Shown here in pieces: positions 39,651-53,181 of a DNA stretch of 64,000 nucleotides. The first letter of the stretch is position 1. The number at the start of each line of letters is the position of its first letter. This DNA comes from Kudoa neothunni. Its lineage: Eukaryota; Animalia; Cnidaria. A model generated the notes under the pieces. That model was given only the letters and a program-made list of their open reading frames with translations. It was not told the DNA's origin and ran no database searches. Location: positions 3,071,223 through 3,135,222 of the forward strand of contig OZ199839.1 in the NCBI GenBank assembly GCA_964304625.1, given 5' to 3'. A program made the translations under genes and the position numbers.

Positions 39651-40071
39651 AAATACGCTACAATATCGCCTAAAAAATCTCTTGAGATAGAAATATAACT
39701 TATTTTACACCTTACCTAGGGAGTTAATCTCGTCGCACAAAATCCTTAAGCATTAATTTACACAATAATTTATGCTTTTTTAAAAATATTTCGCTGATCG
39801 AGAATTCTTAACTTTTTAATATGATTTTTGACAATATTTAGAACATATTCAATCGATAAACGTCAGATTATGTCTTAAATTAATTTGTAAATGTGTTAGT
39901 TTTTTGAATCATTAGAGGGCTGATCGGAACAAAATTTGAAAAAATTCTCACAAGTTTAATTCTCCCTTTAAAATTCAAAATCTCATCACAATGATAATTT
40001 TAGGAGTAGGTACGAGAAAAAAAGATACAAATAATATACCATTTTATATAAATGTAAATATAAATTAAAAA

Positions 40072-41234
40072 TCAATCATTTCTATAAATTTTGCAATGTA
40101 AAGATGGAAAGTATTTTATATTTTCGTAGACATCGGTCACAGAATCTATATTATTTATCATTTTAATTACGCGATCAGCTTTCTCCATTTTTTCATCGGT
40201 GAGTTCAATCAAACTATGAGGGATAAATTCGTTTGAGGATGATATAATCTCGATAGAGTCAGCTATTGCTGATTTTTTCAATGAATCCGCCACATTTTTA
40301 TGATTATTCATGTCACACACAAACTACACGAAATGTAATCACAATAGTTGGTAACAAACCAACCAATAAACAATACATACAATATATACAAAACGTACCT
40401 CGATGATTTTATTGTGAAATGGCGAAATTGAAAAAGACACTTCTTCTGCATTGGATTCAATAGCTAATTCTTCCATCTAAAAAAATTAAATGATTGAAAT
40501 CGTCCGTCCCTATTCACTTTCTCGACAATATCGGTAAATGGATAGTTGCTGGAGGTATCGCAATCTTCCGGGTGGAATTTGTCTCTAATTCGAACAACTC
40601 CTTTCGTGCTGAACTGATGCATTATCGAACCTTCGGTAACAATAGACATACTAGCAACAAATTGAAAATAGTAAAAACTATTAAAACAATGATTGACAAC
40701 AACTGTCAAATTACCCAAATTTTTTTATCACTTTATTAACATCACCAATCAACACTTCTCTGCTTCGTGAGTTCCCTTCAATCACTAGAATATATCCGCC
40801 ATCACCAACCGTTTCGACTCGTTGGGTTTTTTGAAGAAAAACTTTCGACTATTTTAATAATGATAGATTTTAAATAGTGGATGGCAACGTTTAGAGTTGC
40901 TACTTTATGTGCATTTTTAATGCAGGTTTCCACTGTTTTCATGCTTACAAAACTCGCTTTCGCCCTTTCAATCCAATACTCAAGATCTGGATTAAACTTA
41001 GGATCTGGTCCCCCTCCTTTTAATCCCATATTACTCACGTTCAACTACAATTCTACGTTTACTTTGCACTGCATTAAACACTCGCATTGTTATATGGCCA
41101 GTTATTTTGCTTTTAATGGCATCCTGACTTTCCTTTATGTTTTTTACATTTTTCCAATGGGAATGCCCTGCTTTAGAGACTGCTGAAATGCTCAAATCGC
41201 GCCTGTATGAAAAGTAACGTGAGATCTTAAGCAT
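40072..41234 (-). CDS. TACO1: Translational activator of cytochrome c oxidase 1 (YebC/PmpR family), spliced
   Basis: Presequence MLKISRYFSYRR, then AGHSHWKNVKNIK, GGPDPKFNPDL...AKA, HQFSTKGVV, EFIPHSLIEL and DSVTDVYENI, which are YebC/TACO1 hallmarks. Confidence 0.9.
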
Positions 41235-42218
41235 GGGACTTTAGAAAGTTATGCATGCGCACGCGTTATTTTAAAATATTTAAAAAATTCTTCTCTTATG
41301 TAATAAAATCAATAATGCCATCAATAACACAGTTTTCTTTTATTTAATAGTTGTAAATGTAAACCTTGCGGTAAAGCCGATAAACAAAGGTTATTTGCAC
41401 GGCAAAAGTTAATCCTAAATTCCCCGCGCGTGCGTGATTACATTTTTAATTTACAACAACTCTTACTCACAAGCTGTATACATATTTTATTTTTGTAGCA
41501 TTTACTATATCTAATTATTTCTACTCTCTCACTTGGTTTTAGTAGCCAGATCTAATTAAATATAGTCAAAATTAGTGACACCTAAATATTATGGACTTAT
41601 TGACTTATTTACCATGCAAATGGTCACGCCCTTATCTTAGTGATATTTATTTTGAAAACTAACATTTGTGAATGCATATTAACTTTGAAATGATTTAATG
41701 GTCTCAATCGAAAAATCATTATTGGTAAAAATAGATTGATTTGAATAAAATGAAATTTTAAAAATGGATTTATAGCCATGATCACGAATGACAGAAAAAG
41801 TGTTTGATTTTGCTTTGAATAAGTGATGTTATTGTTTAAATAAAATTTGTAAATGCCTAAAAAATAAGTAATGGTTAAATTTGACAATTTTTTAAGTTAA
41901 ATAATTTTCCATGTATAGATAAATTTAGATGTAGTAATTTGGATGCCACGATTATACACACATCAAGGGGGTTCTCCATTAAGTATTTTTCGTTGTCAAG
42001 GAACTGAGTAGAAAATTGTATGTAGTGTTACGTTAGTTTCACAATCAACTCATTTATACAGCCAGTACAAAAATCCAGGTTATAAATTGGTTCGTGAATA
42101 GAGTTAATAGTTGATCAAATGGGTATAGAGAATGAGCTAAATCAACATTCAGAATTACATTTTTAGTTTCATATTTGGAATTTGAAAACACTGTGAGATA
42201 TTTTCGGGGCTTTGGCGG

Positions 42219-43122
42219 ATGAACGAATACAGATATAAGTTTGTAGATATACAAATATTTTAATGTCCGTTCACAATTCTGACGATAAAATTTAGATTAT
42301 TTTTCGGGAAAATTTGGGTGACATACTTATGTGCCTAATGAATAGCCTCTTTTTATGCCGTTCTCAAGGAAAGGTGCATTATGGGGAATTAAATCGAACA
42401 CAGATTCTACCAACACTTTACTTTAGGTAAGATACACTGCAAACAATTCCTACACAGTCGATCCTATACGAACAGAGGACTTTTTTTGTTCCAGTATCGA
42501 GTTTGTTTCGGTAAAATTGTATTAATTAGACTAAAATTAATACAATTAATGTTTAGACAAAAATATGCTGCCATTCATTCCAGGAATTTCTACACAATAA
42601 AATACAGTCAATAATTGATTTGATAGATGCCTCAGATAATCCACCTCCTAATCAAATGAATGTATTTATTCTTGGTAAGTGTAAAAAATGATTGTGAAAT
42701 TAGATATTGGTTTCCTTTTATGTGGATGAAAATTCGACAAACCCTCATGTGAGAGATGCGACGGTGGAAGAAATGGACATTTGGGAATCGTGGAAATTCT
42801 CCTTATATTTCAAACGACATCAACAACCCAAATGTATGCCAAACATTTCTTCTAATGTAATATAAATATTTTATAACAATAGGGAATAATAAGTTGAAAA
42901 AATACTTGATTAATTCATTAAGAGATTCTGTAAGTATCCTGAAAGATTGTCTCTAACTATTCTCATTATCTTTACATCAAGATAGCTCATATGGCCCTTA
43001 TCGTAAATTCCATTGATTATGTGCCTAAAATAAAAAACTTCAAAGAATTCAATCAAGTCTTTGATAACTCATTCGATGGATTAGTTCCATACCGTAACAA
43101 CATAAAAGTAGATATTATATAA
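42219..43122 (+). CDS. ATG101: Autophagy-related protein 101 (HORMA domain), 7 short exons; not in the ORF track
   Basis: MNEYRYKF|IIFRENLGDILMCLMNSLFLCRSQGK|VRYTANNSYTVDPIRTEDFFCSSIEFVS|...|ILVSFYV...IWESWKF...|IAHMALIVNSIDYVPKIKNFKEFNQVFDNSFDGLVPY. This parallels ATG101 HRSTGK, TQDVDCDFIDF, PWEVW and YLPK...VFD...QPY. Confidence 0.82.
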
Positions 43123-43584
43123 ATAATTATTAATTTATGATTTTGACTATTAAAAAACATTGTCAACTCTTTTAATAAATATATTTCTAATCACACAATT
43201 AATAAAATTTTTAAAATTAGGAATAGTTGAATAAAAATATTTCTAAAATAACTATGCAAGTTTTTTGTTTCTCTAAAACTTAAATGTCTCTATTTTTCAT
43301 CTTATCGATTGAAGCGTCGACTTAGGAAAATGTCAGTTTCGGTACTATAATGCTTAGAAATGACAAAAATTAAAGAAACCAGTATTATCCAATCATTCAA
43401 TAGCCTATAAAATACCAAATACCAAATGCTTTATTTTAATTGACAAGATTAAAATAAAAGGAAGTTAATTTATCTTAAGATAAAATATTGTAATAGTTAC
43501 GAAAAAACGATAATTTTTATAAGATGAAACCAACTCAATGAAGCCTGAAAGAAGAATCTCGAAAGAGGGTCAAATAATGGCATA

Positions 43585-44798
43585 CAGTATTTCTAGACCT
43601 AAATGCAACAACGTCGAATCAAAATGGATTAATCGATTAAACGCATATAAGTATTAGTTTTCTATTTCTTCCATATTTAAACATCTTGGAAAATATGACT
43701 CTGCGTGATTAGAATAATTTTGAAGTTGGGAAGGTATTATTTTATCAGGACTATTCAAGATAGCTTCCATTAATTCACCTGTATTTGTGGGCGCTTTTCT
43801 TCGGACAATTAATTTTACTTGGTGAAAGAATTCCTCTATAGGGTTGAGGAATGATGAATACGGAGGCAGAAACAAAAGTTTGTGGCCATTTAAATTAATT
43901 TTTTGTCGAATAAAATTGGTTTCATAAAACCGATCTTATTCAATAATTAGCAACGCGCTTTGAATTTCATCGTTCGCTAAATCATCAAGAAGTTTTTCTA
44001 TAAAAGTATAGAAAACTTGCTGATTCATGGTGCCACTTTCCAGCTGAAATGTCCAAACTTTTTCAGAGCTAATAGTGGCTACCAATGTGATGTTTTTGGA
44101 CCGAATATGTTTACTTTCAGGTTCGCTCTTGAACCTGAAAGTGACCTTCCAAATGTTCGTCTCATAGAAAGTGAGAAGTCAGACTCATCAATGTGAATTA
44201 CAGGAAAATGGAGTGGTTTACATTGCAGATACTCTAAAACATAACTAATAAATATAACATTTACTGTTAATTAATAAAAACACTTTTTACGTTTTGATAT
44301 GCAATCCTAAGAATCTCTCGCAATCGGTACAATTGAAATCTTTTTGAGGGTGTAATGGAACTGGTTTAAACAACTAGCAATAGTCTGTCTAGAAACACCG
44401 ATATTATGTTATTCTTGTAATTTCTTGGCAATTGAGTCTAATGTAATTGTGCAATCCTCGTTCACTAAGCTTTGGATATATGATTTATGGGCGATTGTCA
44501 TTTTCGTAGGAATGCATTCTTCATCGGCCTCATCATCATCATCATCATCACCTTCGGATTCTGTTTTTAGAAACCGTGAAATTGTTGATTTACGAATGCC
44601 AACTGTTGTAGCAATTAAGCCATAGGTATAATTTTCCTTAACATCTCTCAAATATAGTTTAACTAACACTATATACTTTAGATAACCTAATGATAATTTC
44701 TTTCTTTGCGTCGTCCAAAGAAACATATTTTCTTGTTGTGACGTTAAGCTGTGATGAATTATGATCCAACACTGTTGCATTTAGGTCTTGAAGTATTG
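43585..44798 (-). mobile_element. Tc1/IS630-like transposon, decayed, with an intron-containing transposase
   Basis: TA|CAGTATTTCTAGACCTAAATGCAAC ... GTTGCATTTAGGTCTTGAAGTATTG|TA. HTH region, IHIDES and FLPPYSSFLNPIEEFFHQVK. Confidence 0.92.
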
Positions 44799-45220
44799 TA
44801 ATAATAAATTTGGCTGCTTTTAGGGAGATATTGTGGGCTTATTTTATTATTTCATGTTTTGATTTTATTTTTTTAATTTAGTTCTTTCGAACATTAAAAA
44901 AAATTCATCTATTTCTTCAAAAACGTCCAGAAAAAAGTGCCTACAACCGAGAGTCGCGTGATTAACAATCTGGAAATTTCGCAACCTTATTATATTATTT
45001 AGATCCAAATTCTTTACTTAAGACATTGAAAAAATATTATATATTGATTGTATATTTAATTAAGTATTATTCAGCCAAATTTTTGACTAAAAAACGAGGA
45101 ATAAAACAAAGAAAATGATAAGAATTTTATAATTAATTCTTAAATAATTATTACTACCAACATTTTAAACATTTCTACCATCGTCTTAATTGAGTTTAAT
45201 AGCCCTGAACAATACAACTC

Positions 45221-46796
45221 GGTAATGGGGGAGTATCCAGTTCCAAAATTTCGGCATCAGTCGACCTTCGCGCATACCAGCGATGACAAATGTTCACTCT
45301 TGTTTTGGACGTAATTAACCTTTTAAATTGTACAATTTTTATAATTTTTCAATCTATGTCATTTTTACGTTTATTAAAAATCGTCTGGCTGACATTATTT
45401 ATTGGAATCAACGTTTAGATTTTCTTCAGCTATGTTATTACACTTTTTAAACGTCAATTTTGCAATTTACGTGAATAATATTTCAAAATAGTATAATATA
45501 ATTAATTTTTTAGTTTTTATATTATTTTCATAAGCCTTAGTATTAAATTTAGCCAGTAAATCGAAAGAATATATTAAAGTTTTCAAATGCATGATGGAAT
45601 CAAGAAATATATGAATGAAAATATATTATAGACGAATAATTATGCCATGTGTAATTTAAAATTATATTATATTTTTATATTTTCGAAAGATTTTATAATG
45701 TTTCGCATTAATTTTAATACCGTTTATGAAGGCGTTAATTGACTAAGATTCCATCACGCATCAATACGCTATTTTAAACAATTAGTCCGTTGCTAACTTA
45801 TTTTATTTTCTCAGTTCTTACTGCGCCTTCTTAGTAGATATTCGTCAACTCCAACAATTTTATTTCTCTACCCAATTTCTCGCTTCGTTGAAACATTCCA
45901 CAGCCAATATTTTTTCTAAACTTTATGTTAATATTGTCAATCGTCATCTGTGTTCTTCAATACACCAATTATAGGTTAATCAAATAAGTGAGATACTGGC
46001 AATTTCGACGTGTTTTCTCTTAACTTGTTACTGTTACCGAAGAATATGAAGGACTTAGGGGCAAATGAGTATTATAATCTCGCCTGAAAATAAATATTTA
46101 AGAAAGGATTTTAAAAATAAAATTAACTTGAACATATATATGAATATTTTTCTATCTCATTATTAAATAAATTAATATAAGTTTTTTTTCCTTTTTGTCA
46201 CCTGCCGACATAAAATGTGAAACCTGAGATAATTTTCCCATACATCAGGGATTTTACCCATCCTTTACCGGGTGGGAAAGCAAATAAAGCATTCAAGAGA
46301 AACAAAATGTGGTAAAATTGAAGCTAGGTTATAAAGTCCGCCATGATGATAAAGTTATGTTGAAACAGATTAAAGCAATAATGTATAAATTTATCACTAT
46401 AAATCTTTTAAGAAATATGACAGACTACTTTCGGTGCTAATATTTATCCAAAATAAAAATAATAAGTATCATTCCTCTTCGTGTACAACAATTTATATAA
46501 AATAAACTTTCACCAATAAACGTAAAAATATTATAGATTGAAAAATTACAAAAAGTTTACGATTTTGAAGGTTAATTACGTCAAAAACAGGAGCGATAAT
46601 GGGTGCTTGCTGATATGCGCGACGGTCGATTGATGCCAAAGCGTGATTTTTAGTAACATTCTAGAATTGAATTTTTGAAATTTTTTTCTGGTCACTCGAT
46701 ATTTTTAAAATGAGTTAAATCAGAGGATATAATAATTGGGACTTTGCGAATGTGAGAACATGCCTAAATTTTGGAGCTGGATACTCCCCTATGACC
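45221..46796 (-). mobile_element. Merlin (IS1595-like) transposon remnant
   Basis: 37-bp GG-initiated TIRs GGTAATGGGGGAGTATCCAGTTCCAAAATTTCGGCAT / ATGCCTAAATTTTGGAGCTGGATACTCCCCTATGACC. 8-bp TSD TACAACTC/TATAATTC. Remnant KLG...IVGVDE...RRR at ~45820-45880. Extended subterminal IR ~45258-45330 / 46560-46637. Confidence 0.78.
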
Positions 46797-47439
46797 TATA
46801 ATTCCTTAGAAATCTTCTAGTACGTAACAAATCTCACATGAAAAAATTACCATATCCGATTTTGATGCCACGTAATTTACCCCCGCTTGAGAACCCCTGT
46901 GTTACAATATTACCATTAAGTGACGAAATGTGGGGTTCAAACATGAGCGTTCTCAAATCATAGGGCATGTTTAATTTGGGTATAAGCTCATTATACATTT
47001 AAAAGGAGTGTTAATTTATTCGTCTTACATTTTTTTCTAAATCTAAGTCAGATATATTTATATATATTTTTTCAAGATCCTTATTCGCACAATTTCGATA
47101 TTTTCCCTTAAAGGCTCGTCGACTAGACTCATTTATGTTTGAATGAACTTCTTTTATTGAGTGAAACGTTGGATTGCGAATGGTTTTCTAACGAACGTAG
47201 TCACAGCTTGTTAAGCTATTATATCTAGTCCAGCTGTCTGTTCGAATTGTTTAACCCTCTTCACCGTCATCTATTTTTATTCTCTCTACAATAGCTTGTT
47301 TTCTTTATTAAGAAATCAAAAAAAAATATTTTCTATTTTCAACAATGAATTGATATTTTTAATAAAATTTTCAAAAATGACTGATGTCATTCAGACTTTA
47401 TTTTGGGGCCTGTAAGTGACTTAATGTGATGGATCGGAA

Positions 47440-48010
47440 TTCTAAAAACATCTGGGAAAGATAGACTTATCAATGAATAATGGCTCCAGTTTATGAGTTT
47501 CGCTTTTGCACAAAATAGAATTGAAATTCGATCTTTTGAATTCTTTGTTCCTGAACGATGAAAGTTTGATAAGGTTTATAGGGACTAAGGCGATAAAATT
47601 AGCCGGTCTCATTGGCATAGTAAATGTCATGTAAAGAATAATTCCTTAGAGCGATTTTTAGTTCATTGGCCACTGAACCGGCTTCGCCACACAAAGTTTT
47701 TGAATCTATTTGACATCTTTTTGAGTCTATCATGTCGTCCTGATTAAAATGAAATTCCTCCTATTCCAAATCTATTTGCGAATTGTTTGGCATTTTCAGT
47801 GATAACATAGCCGTTTAAACACGCGTATTGTGTTTAGATTGGGGTTATCCACAACTAAAAGGCTTTCTTCAAGTCATCATAATTTCCTCCTTTAGGTGTC
47901 AACCTATTTGAGTTTTCAAGAGTCATGCATTTTGCAGGATCTCGTAATATGTCTTCAATTGTGCTGGCTGCTAGTTTAACTCTATTTCCAAACGAAACGC
48001 ATTTGATAAA
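47440..48010 (-). mobile_element. pogo/Tigger transposase remnant
   Basis: DIYYANETG*FYRLSP and KLEPLFIDKSIFPRCF resemble DDE_1 motifs DIFNADETGLFY and KLPPLVIGKSKNPRCF. CENP-B-like HTH remnant upstream. Confidence 0.7.
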
Positions 48011-48439
48011 TCTAATAACTCAGTTTTCAAAGTAAAAAAGAATTAATTATTAATATTTTATATGTTGCTGCAAAATGAAAATTATTTTAAGAAATGATCA
48101 TAATAATTGCCAATTTCCTGGCGAATAATTTTATGAGGGTTTTCCGCATTGATTTCATTAGTGCTCCATGAGCTTTTGGATTGTTGTTTCTCACAAGTAC
48201 CTTTCAGTTGTGAAACGGATTTTCTATCGAGTTCAAAAACAGATTTTATGGTGACAAAGAGAACAAAGTACGACCGGTTTTCTCAATTAAGGATTTGTTA
48301 TCGAAATTTTGCCGAAATCTGACGTTATCCATAATCTTTAGAGATTTTCAGAGCTTTTAACTTTACAAATCATCCATTAAATTTTTTATGTAATTTAATA
48401 GTATATCAGCGTTAAAAGTTTTATATCTTATTTCGAAGG

Positions 48440-48600
48440 TTTTTTTTTTGTTACAAGGTAAACCTTCTAGCGCAGCGTGTTAGATTATGAAGTTATGGCT
48501 TGTTAGGCCCTCCCATTAATGACTTAGGCACACCACAGACTTCGCGAGACGAGTAACATATATCCCCTCGTTCGTTATCCTTCTATTATATCTTAATATA
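48440..48600 (-). mobile_element. Possible 5'-truncated retroposon
   Basis: GC-richer segment ending ...TTGTAAC(A)10 on the minus strand. The same TTGTAAC(A)n tail occurs at ~19145-19160. Confidence 0.35.
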
Positions 48601-49643
48601 TCAAACATTATCATTTCTCGGATAATCACCACTCCAAACCCTATCTATCCGGAAAGACTAAATCTCTACGGAGATTTCATGTTTGTTAATGTCTCCCAGA
48701 CGATTCAAATAATTAATTAAACCTACTTGGTTAAATTCAATTATTATTTCAGCTGGAATTAAACATTTTCATAGAATTTCACCCCACCAGAAAGTTCTAT
48801 TACAGAATAGAATCACACCCGACGGTGTAACGATGGTTGATCAACGACGAGATTTTAACTCATTACCTTCGGATATGGAATCCAAACACCAAACCGCTGA
48901 AATATTTGCCCTCGACTATGTCAATAAATCAGGCATTAAACAGAAAACTATATTTTATTGCTAATGTTACGTAAATGTGACTTTTTTATTATTCTTTAAA
49001 AAAATAATGTCTGTTTTTTCCCTTTGTTTAATTTAAGTTTATTCTATTACCTATATTAATAGAACATTTTAATATACATTATACTAATACATCATTAATT
49101 TAATTTTTATTTTTACAGATATAATATAATATATAGATTATTCTAATGAATAAAGTTAAATTTTGGAGTTTAATCTTTATTTCTAAAACAAAAAAATTCT
49201 TATTTAACATTGAGAATAATTTGAAAAAATCAATTACATATAGCAATAAATGGTTAAAATTTCACATGATTTTTTTAAAATTATTCACCTTTAAAAATTC
49301 GAAAATTTCAGTCAAACAATAACGATAGGATATCATCGAACTAAGTGAGGATTTTAAGATTGTGAAAAATTTCGTTTGAAATAATTTTATCGCTTCAAAA
49401 TTGGGAAATAGGTGTACTCCTACCTTTTTCATTAAATTCTGCTTCGTAATCGTTTCCATCCTAAGATGATTTTTATGATGGACATTTTCAAATCTTTCAT
49501 ATCACAAGTAATATTGTATGAATAACTTATGCTCAGAAATAAATAACAAAGGGCGTAACTCATAAGAAGTTAGTAGTATAGTTTATAAGAGATGTAGTAG
49601 TAGAGCAGGTGGATGAGCTGCCCGAAATATAGGAACGTCAATC

Positions 49644-50127
49644 CTAAAACATTCTGCAAACATCTTTGCACACATCTGAAGTAGGAATGTGTAAAGCGTC
49701 TTTTTTGTAACGCTCCAATCCGTCAGTCATTAACTCTACACACTAAAACCGTGGAGCTAGAATTGAAGTAACAATAAGAATAACCTCGATATTATGTGGT
49801 GCAGCCATTTGGCAGAAGTAAGCAATATGTGGTTTTGGATTGGGAAATACACACATTGCTTTCATAACTTTATCATTGTTCTTACATATGAATAGGTTCG
49901 TGAGCTAGCACTAAATATCAAATTACTATGCAATCTTTGCATTCCTTGCTTTGGTGGACATTTTTATTCGCCGAACCTTTTACTGTGACGTGTAGATCAG
50001 GGAACGTTGGGGAAGAAACGTGTTTGCAGCTAATTAAAGCTATATTCATATCATTTAAAGTTGATAAAAGAACACGACTACCAAAAGCAAGGAAAACCAA
50101 GCATACAACAAAATGTTTTAAAGCCAT
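49644..50127 (-). CDS. Secreted saposin-like protein (single SapB domain), 4 exons, about 117 aa
   Basis: MALKHFVVCLVFLAF|ALISCKH...SKECKDCI|NNDKVMKAMCVFPNPKPHIAYFCQMAAPHNIE|CVELMTDGLERYKKDALHIPTSDVCKDVCRMF*. Signal peptide plus SAPLIP-like CxxC...C...C...CxxxC pattern. Introns of 42-46 nt keep the frame. Confidence 0.68.
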
Positions 50128-52148
50128 AAGTATCAATGTAGAATAATTCTAATATCTCGCAGCTTTACTATTATTAGTCAGATGATAGCAATATTTATAT
50201 TATTGTGATATTATTATGTACGTATTTTCCAGTAATAAGACGTTTTGTTATGAATTTTAAACAACTAATATATTTCAAAATAATTTCAGTCCCTCATAAA
50301 CAAAATGAGTACAACATACGTGTAGAAAATGATGTTTTTATAGTTTACACTTTATGCAGATATATTAAAACCTAATAATGATAAAACATTAATGCCTGTT
50401 TATTTTTATGAAACTACCGACTAAAATAAGGTTTCATTACGAAAACCCGTCATAAGAATTAGAATAATATTTTTGATTGTTACTAAATATTGTTATTTTA
50501 ATCTTCAATATTTATGCATATGTTTATGAGGAAATAGCGTAAACAAATTTGTATTTGTTAAATGAGGGATAAAAGCGATCAATTGAAAGATTTCATACCT
50601 TCTATATATTGCACTCCAATGTGGTTATTTTTGGGGAGATTTTGGTTAAATAATGCTAACACTCACTGACCCAAAATAAATCATCTTAAAGATGGAAATT
50701 TAAACAACCATGTTTTTACATTTCTCCATTTGTTAAATAATTAATACGATTAACATATCTTGGTATTTTTGATAAGGGGGCGGCTTTTCTCATAGATCCA
50801 TTTAATCCTCGGCCTGGACTCGCATTCTCATAATAATGAATATCTCCTGTGTTATAAAATATATTTAAAATCTAATTCTAAATTTAGATTTTGCTATTTT
50901 TATTCCAATTTTCTCTTCAGATTTTTTATTGAAAATTTAAACTAAAAAAATCACTGATTTGTCTACCCCATTTACATTGTTTAGATGAGTAAAATCACAT
51001 TTTTGAATCTAATATTATGCAATATAAACGTTGTAACTTAAATAAAACGTATAGCTGTTTAATTTTAAGTAGACAGCATTCTTTTCGTGCAATCTTGAGT
51101 CATTTACCATGTTTGAGTATAGACGTGAATTCTACTTGATTATGGGGCATTCTGTTGCATAAAAATGTTTCTAAATTTTAAAGAACTATGGAATAACTTT
51201 AAAAATGTGCAAATAAATTGATACAATAAGCTCGTTTGGGTAACAGAATCTAGGATGCTCCACAATATGAAATATCGAATGAAAAGAATGAGTAAGCCCG
51301 AAAAGTGATGTCGTGACTGTCCACTATGAAGCCCTGCTAAATTCACCGACCCAGAAATTCTCGTATGATTAATAAATTTTATTTTATTTTTACAGTTCCG
51401 AATGTGTAATTTAATGGATTAATCGGAGTAAAATTTGAAATAACCACTGCCCAATAGCAAGACCCTGAATTTTTTAAATGTTATTTCGTATGTTTGGATA
51501 TAATACTAGGGTAGAAGACTATATACATCGAAAAAGGTTACAATGTTGGTAACAGAGATTTGAAAAAAATGTCGACTACCTTCGAACCTCGCATTATCGA
51601 GACCTTACTACTGTACTTTGAATGGTAATAAAAATATGAACATTCTTTTAGAGTATCTATGGCAAAAAATATTTAAAATTGTACGAATTAAATAATGAAT
51701 GTCAAGCTACAGTAACGAACATTGATAAAACATAAAAATTTAACGTCTCAATTCGTTTCACCCATAAAATAAAAAATGTTATCAAACTCTTTCTCACTAA
51801 TTCATCAAAATCGCAGAAAATCAACTTTCTTCTAGAGAATCTAATTTTCAATAAAAAATAATCATTTTTTCAAATTATTTATTAGTTAGGCAATTCCACA
51901 GTTATTATTTCTCGTTTTTATAAATATCTTAAAATGGATTATACATTAAAAGAGGTGATTTTACTTTCATCAGAAAAAATATATCGAAATTAAACACACA
52001 TAACAACAATACGATACTCAATATCCGATAAAATGGCGGACCATTCTATTAAAAATAATACAATTTAAAAAGTAAACATCTAAGTTTGCAAAAAACTAAA
52101 ATCAGGCGATTCAGCTAACATAGTAGATTAATTAAGAACGTAGGCTAT

Positions 52149-53169
52149 TCATTCGGCAACAATAGAATATTTTTCGTAGGGTTCATCATCGACCGTATCG
52201 TAAATTTTGTAGGATTCAGATTGAAGAATATTGAAAATGTATTCCAATTTGGGGTAGGATGTAATGGTTGGAGGTATTGAAAAAAAGTGATTTGGTTGGG
52301 AGAAATCAAGCGGATATCCTCTATGGTAGACAATATACGAAAAGTCTTGGATTATTTCGATAGCCCAATCCACGACAAAGATCTCTTCGTTGGTCACAGT
52401 GAATACGATGATTTTGTTGGGGAGAATTTTGTAGAAAAACCTGGACAAATCGATATTTTTTCTTCACCAGAAATAATCATAATCAAAAAACCAACATAAG
52501 TAAACACTAAATTTAAGATACACGATATGATTTATGAGTTTTTCAAAAAAGTAATTCTTATCAAAGTCATTATCATCGTTAAAGACCATCCATATGGTAC
52601 GATATGCTTGTTCGAAAACGGGATCATTGTCTGTGATGGCCGTGAAATCAGGAGGATTATCCACAGTAGCATAGGGATGAGCTTTGATATCTCGATGGTT
52701 ATTATAAAAATCTGGAATCTCGTCGTTGATGGATGACAATTGTTGATCGTAGTAGTCGCCCCATCTTGGAAATTTGGTTGGATAGGCATTATCTTTGAGG
52801 CGCAATCTACCTCCAGGCTGGCGGATGAGGAATTTCTCCTCAAAGTGGTACTCGCAGATCATGCTAGATGATGTGGGCACAAAATGGTTTCTAATAAATA
52901 ATTCAAGAATTAGTTTCATCGTGTGGCACTCCTATTCGAATTTGAGCATTTAAATCAATTCAAACTCATCAGCTCAGTGGTGTACATGATCACAACAGCG
53001 TAAACAACCAACTGACAACGCTAAAGACATACTTTTGTATGTGGAGTAACCAACACCAGCGTAGATTATCATCCTTCGGAAAATGGAATACAGCTCCTTT
53101 TATTAGTTCTCGTTTGGTTGTGGCGTTGTAGTTGGTGAAGCACTGAGGTACACAGCATTTTCTACCCAT
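52149..53169 (-). CDS. THAP-domain protein, 3 exons
   Basis: MGRKCCVPQC...FHFPKDDNLRWCW...|NHFVPTSSSMICEYHFEE...LKDNAYPTKF is a complete C2CH THAP signature with an AVPTIF-like box. It splices to the 52149-52448 ORF. No DDE domain seen. Confidence 0.88.
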
Positions 53170-53181
53170 CACTTGGATAGG

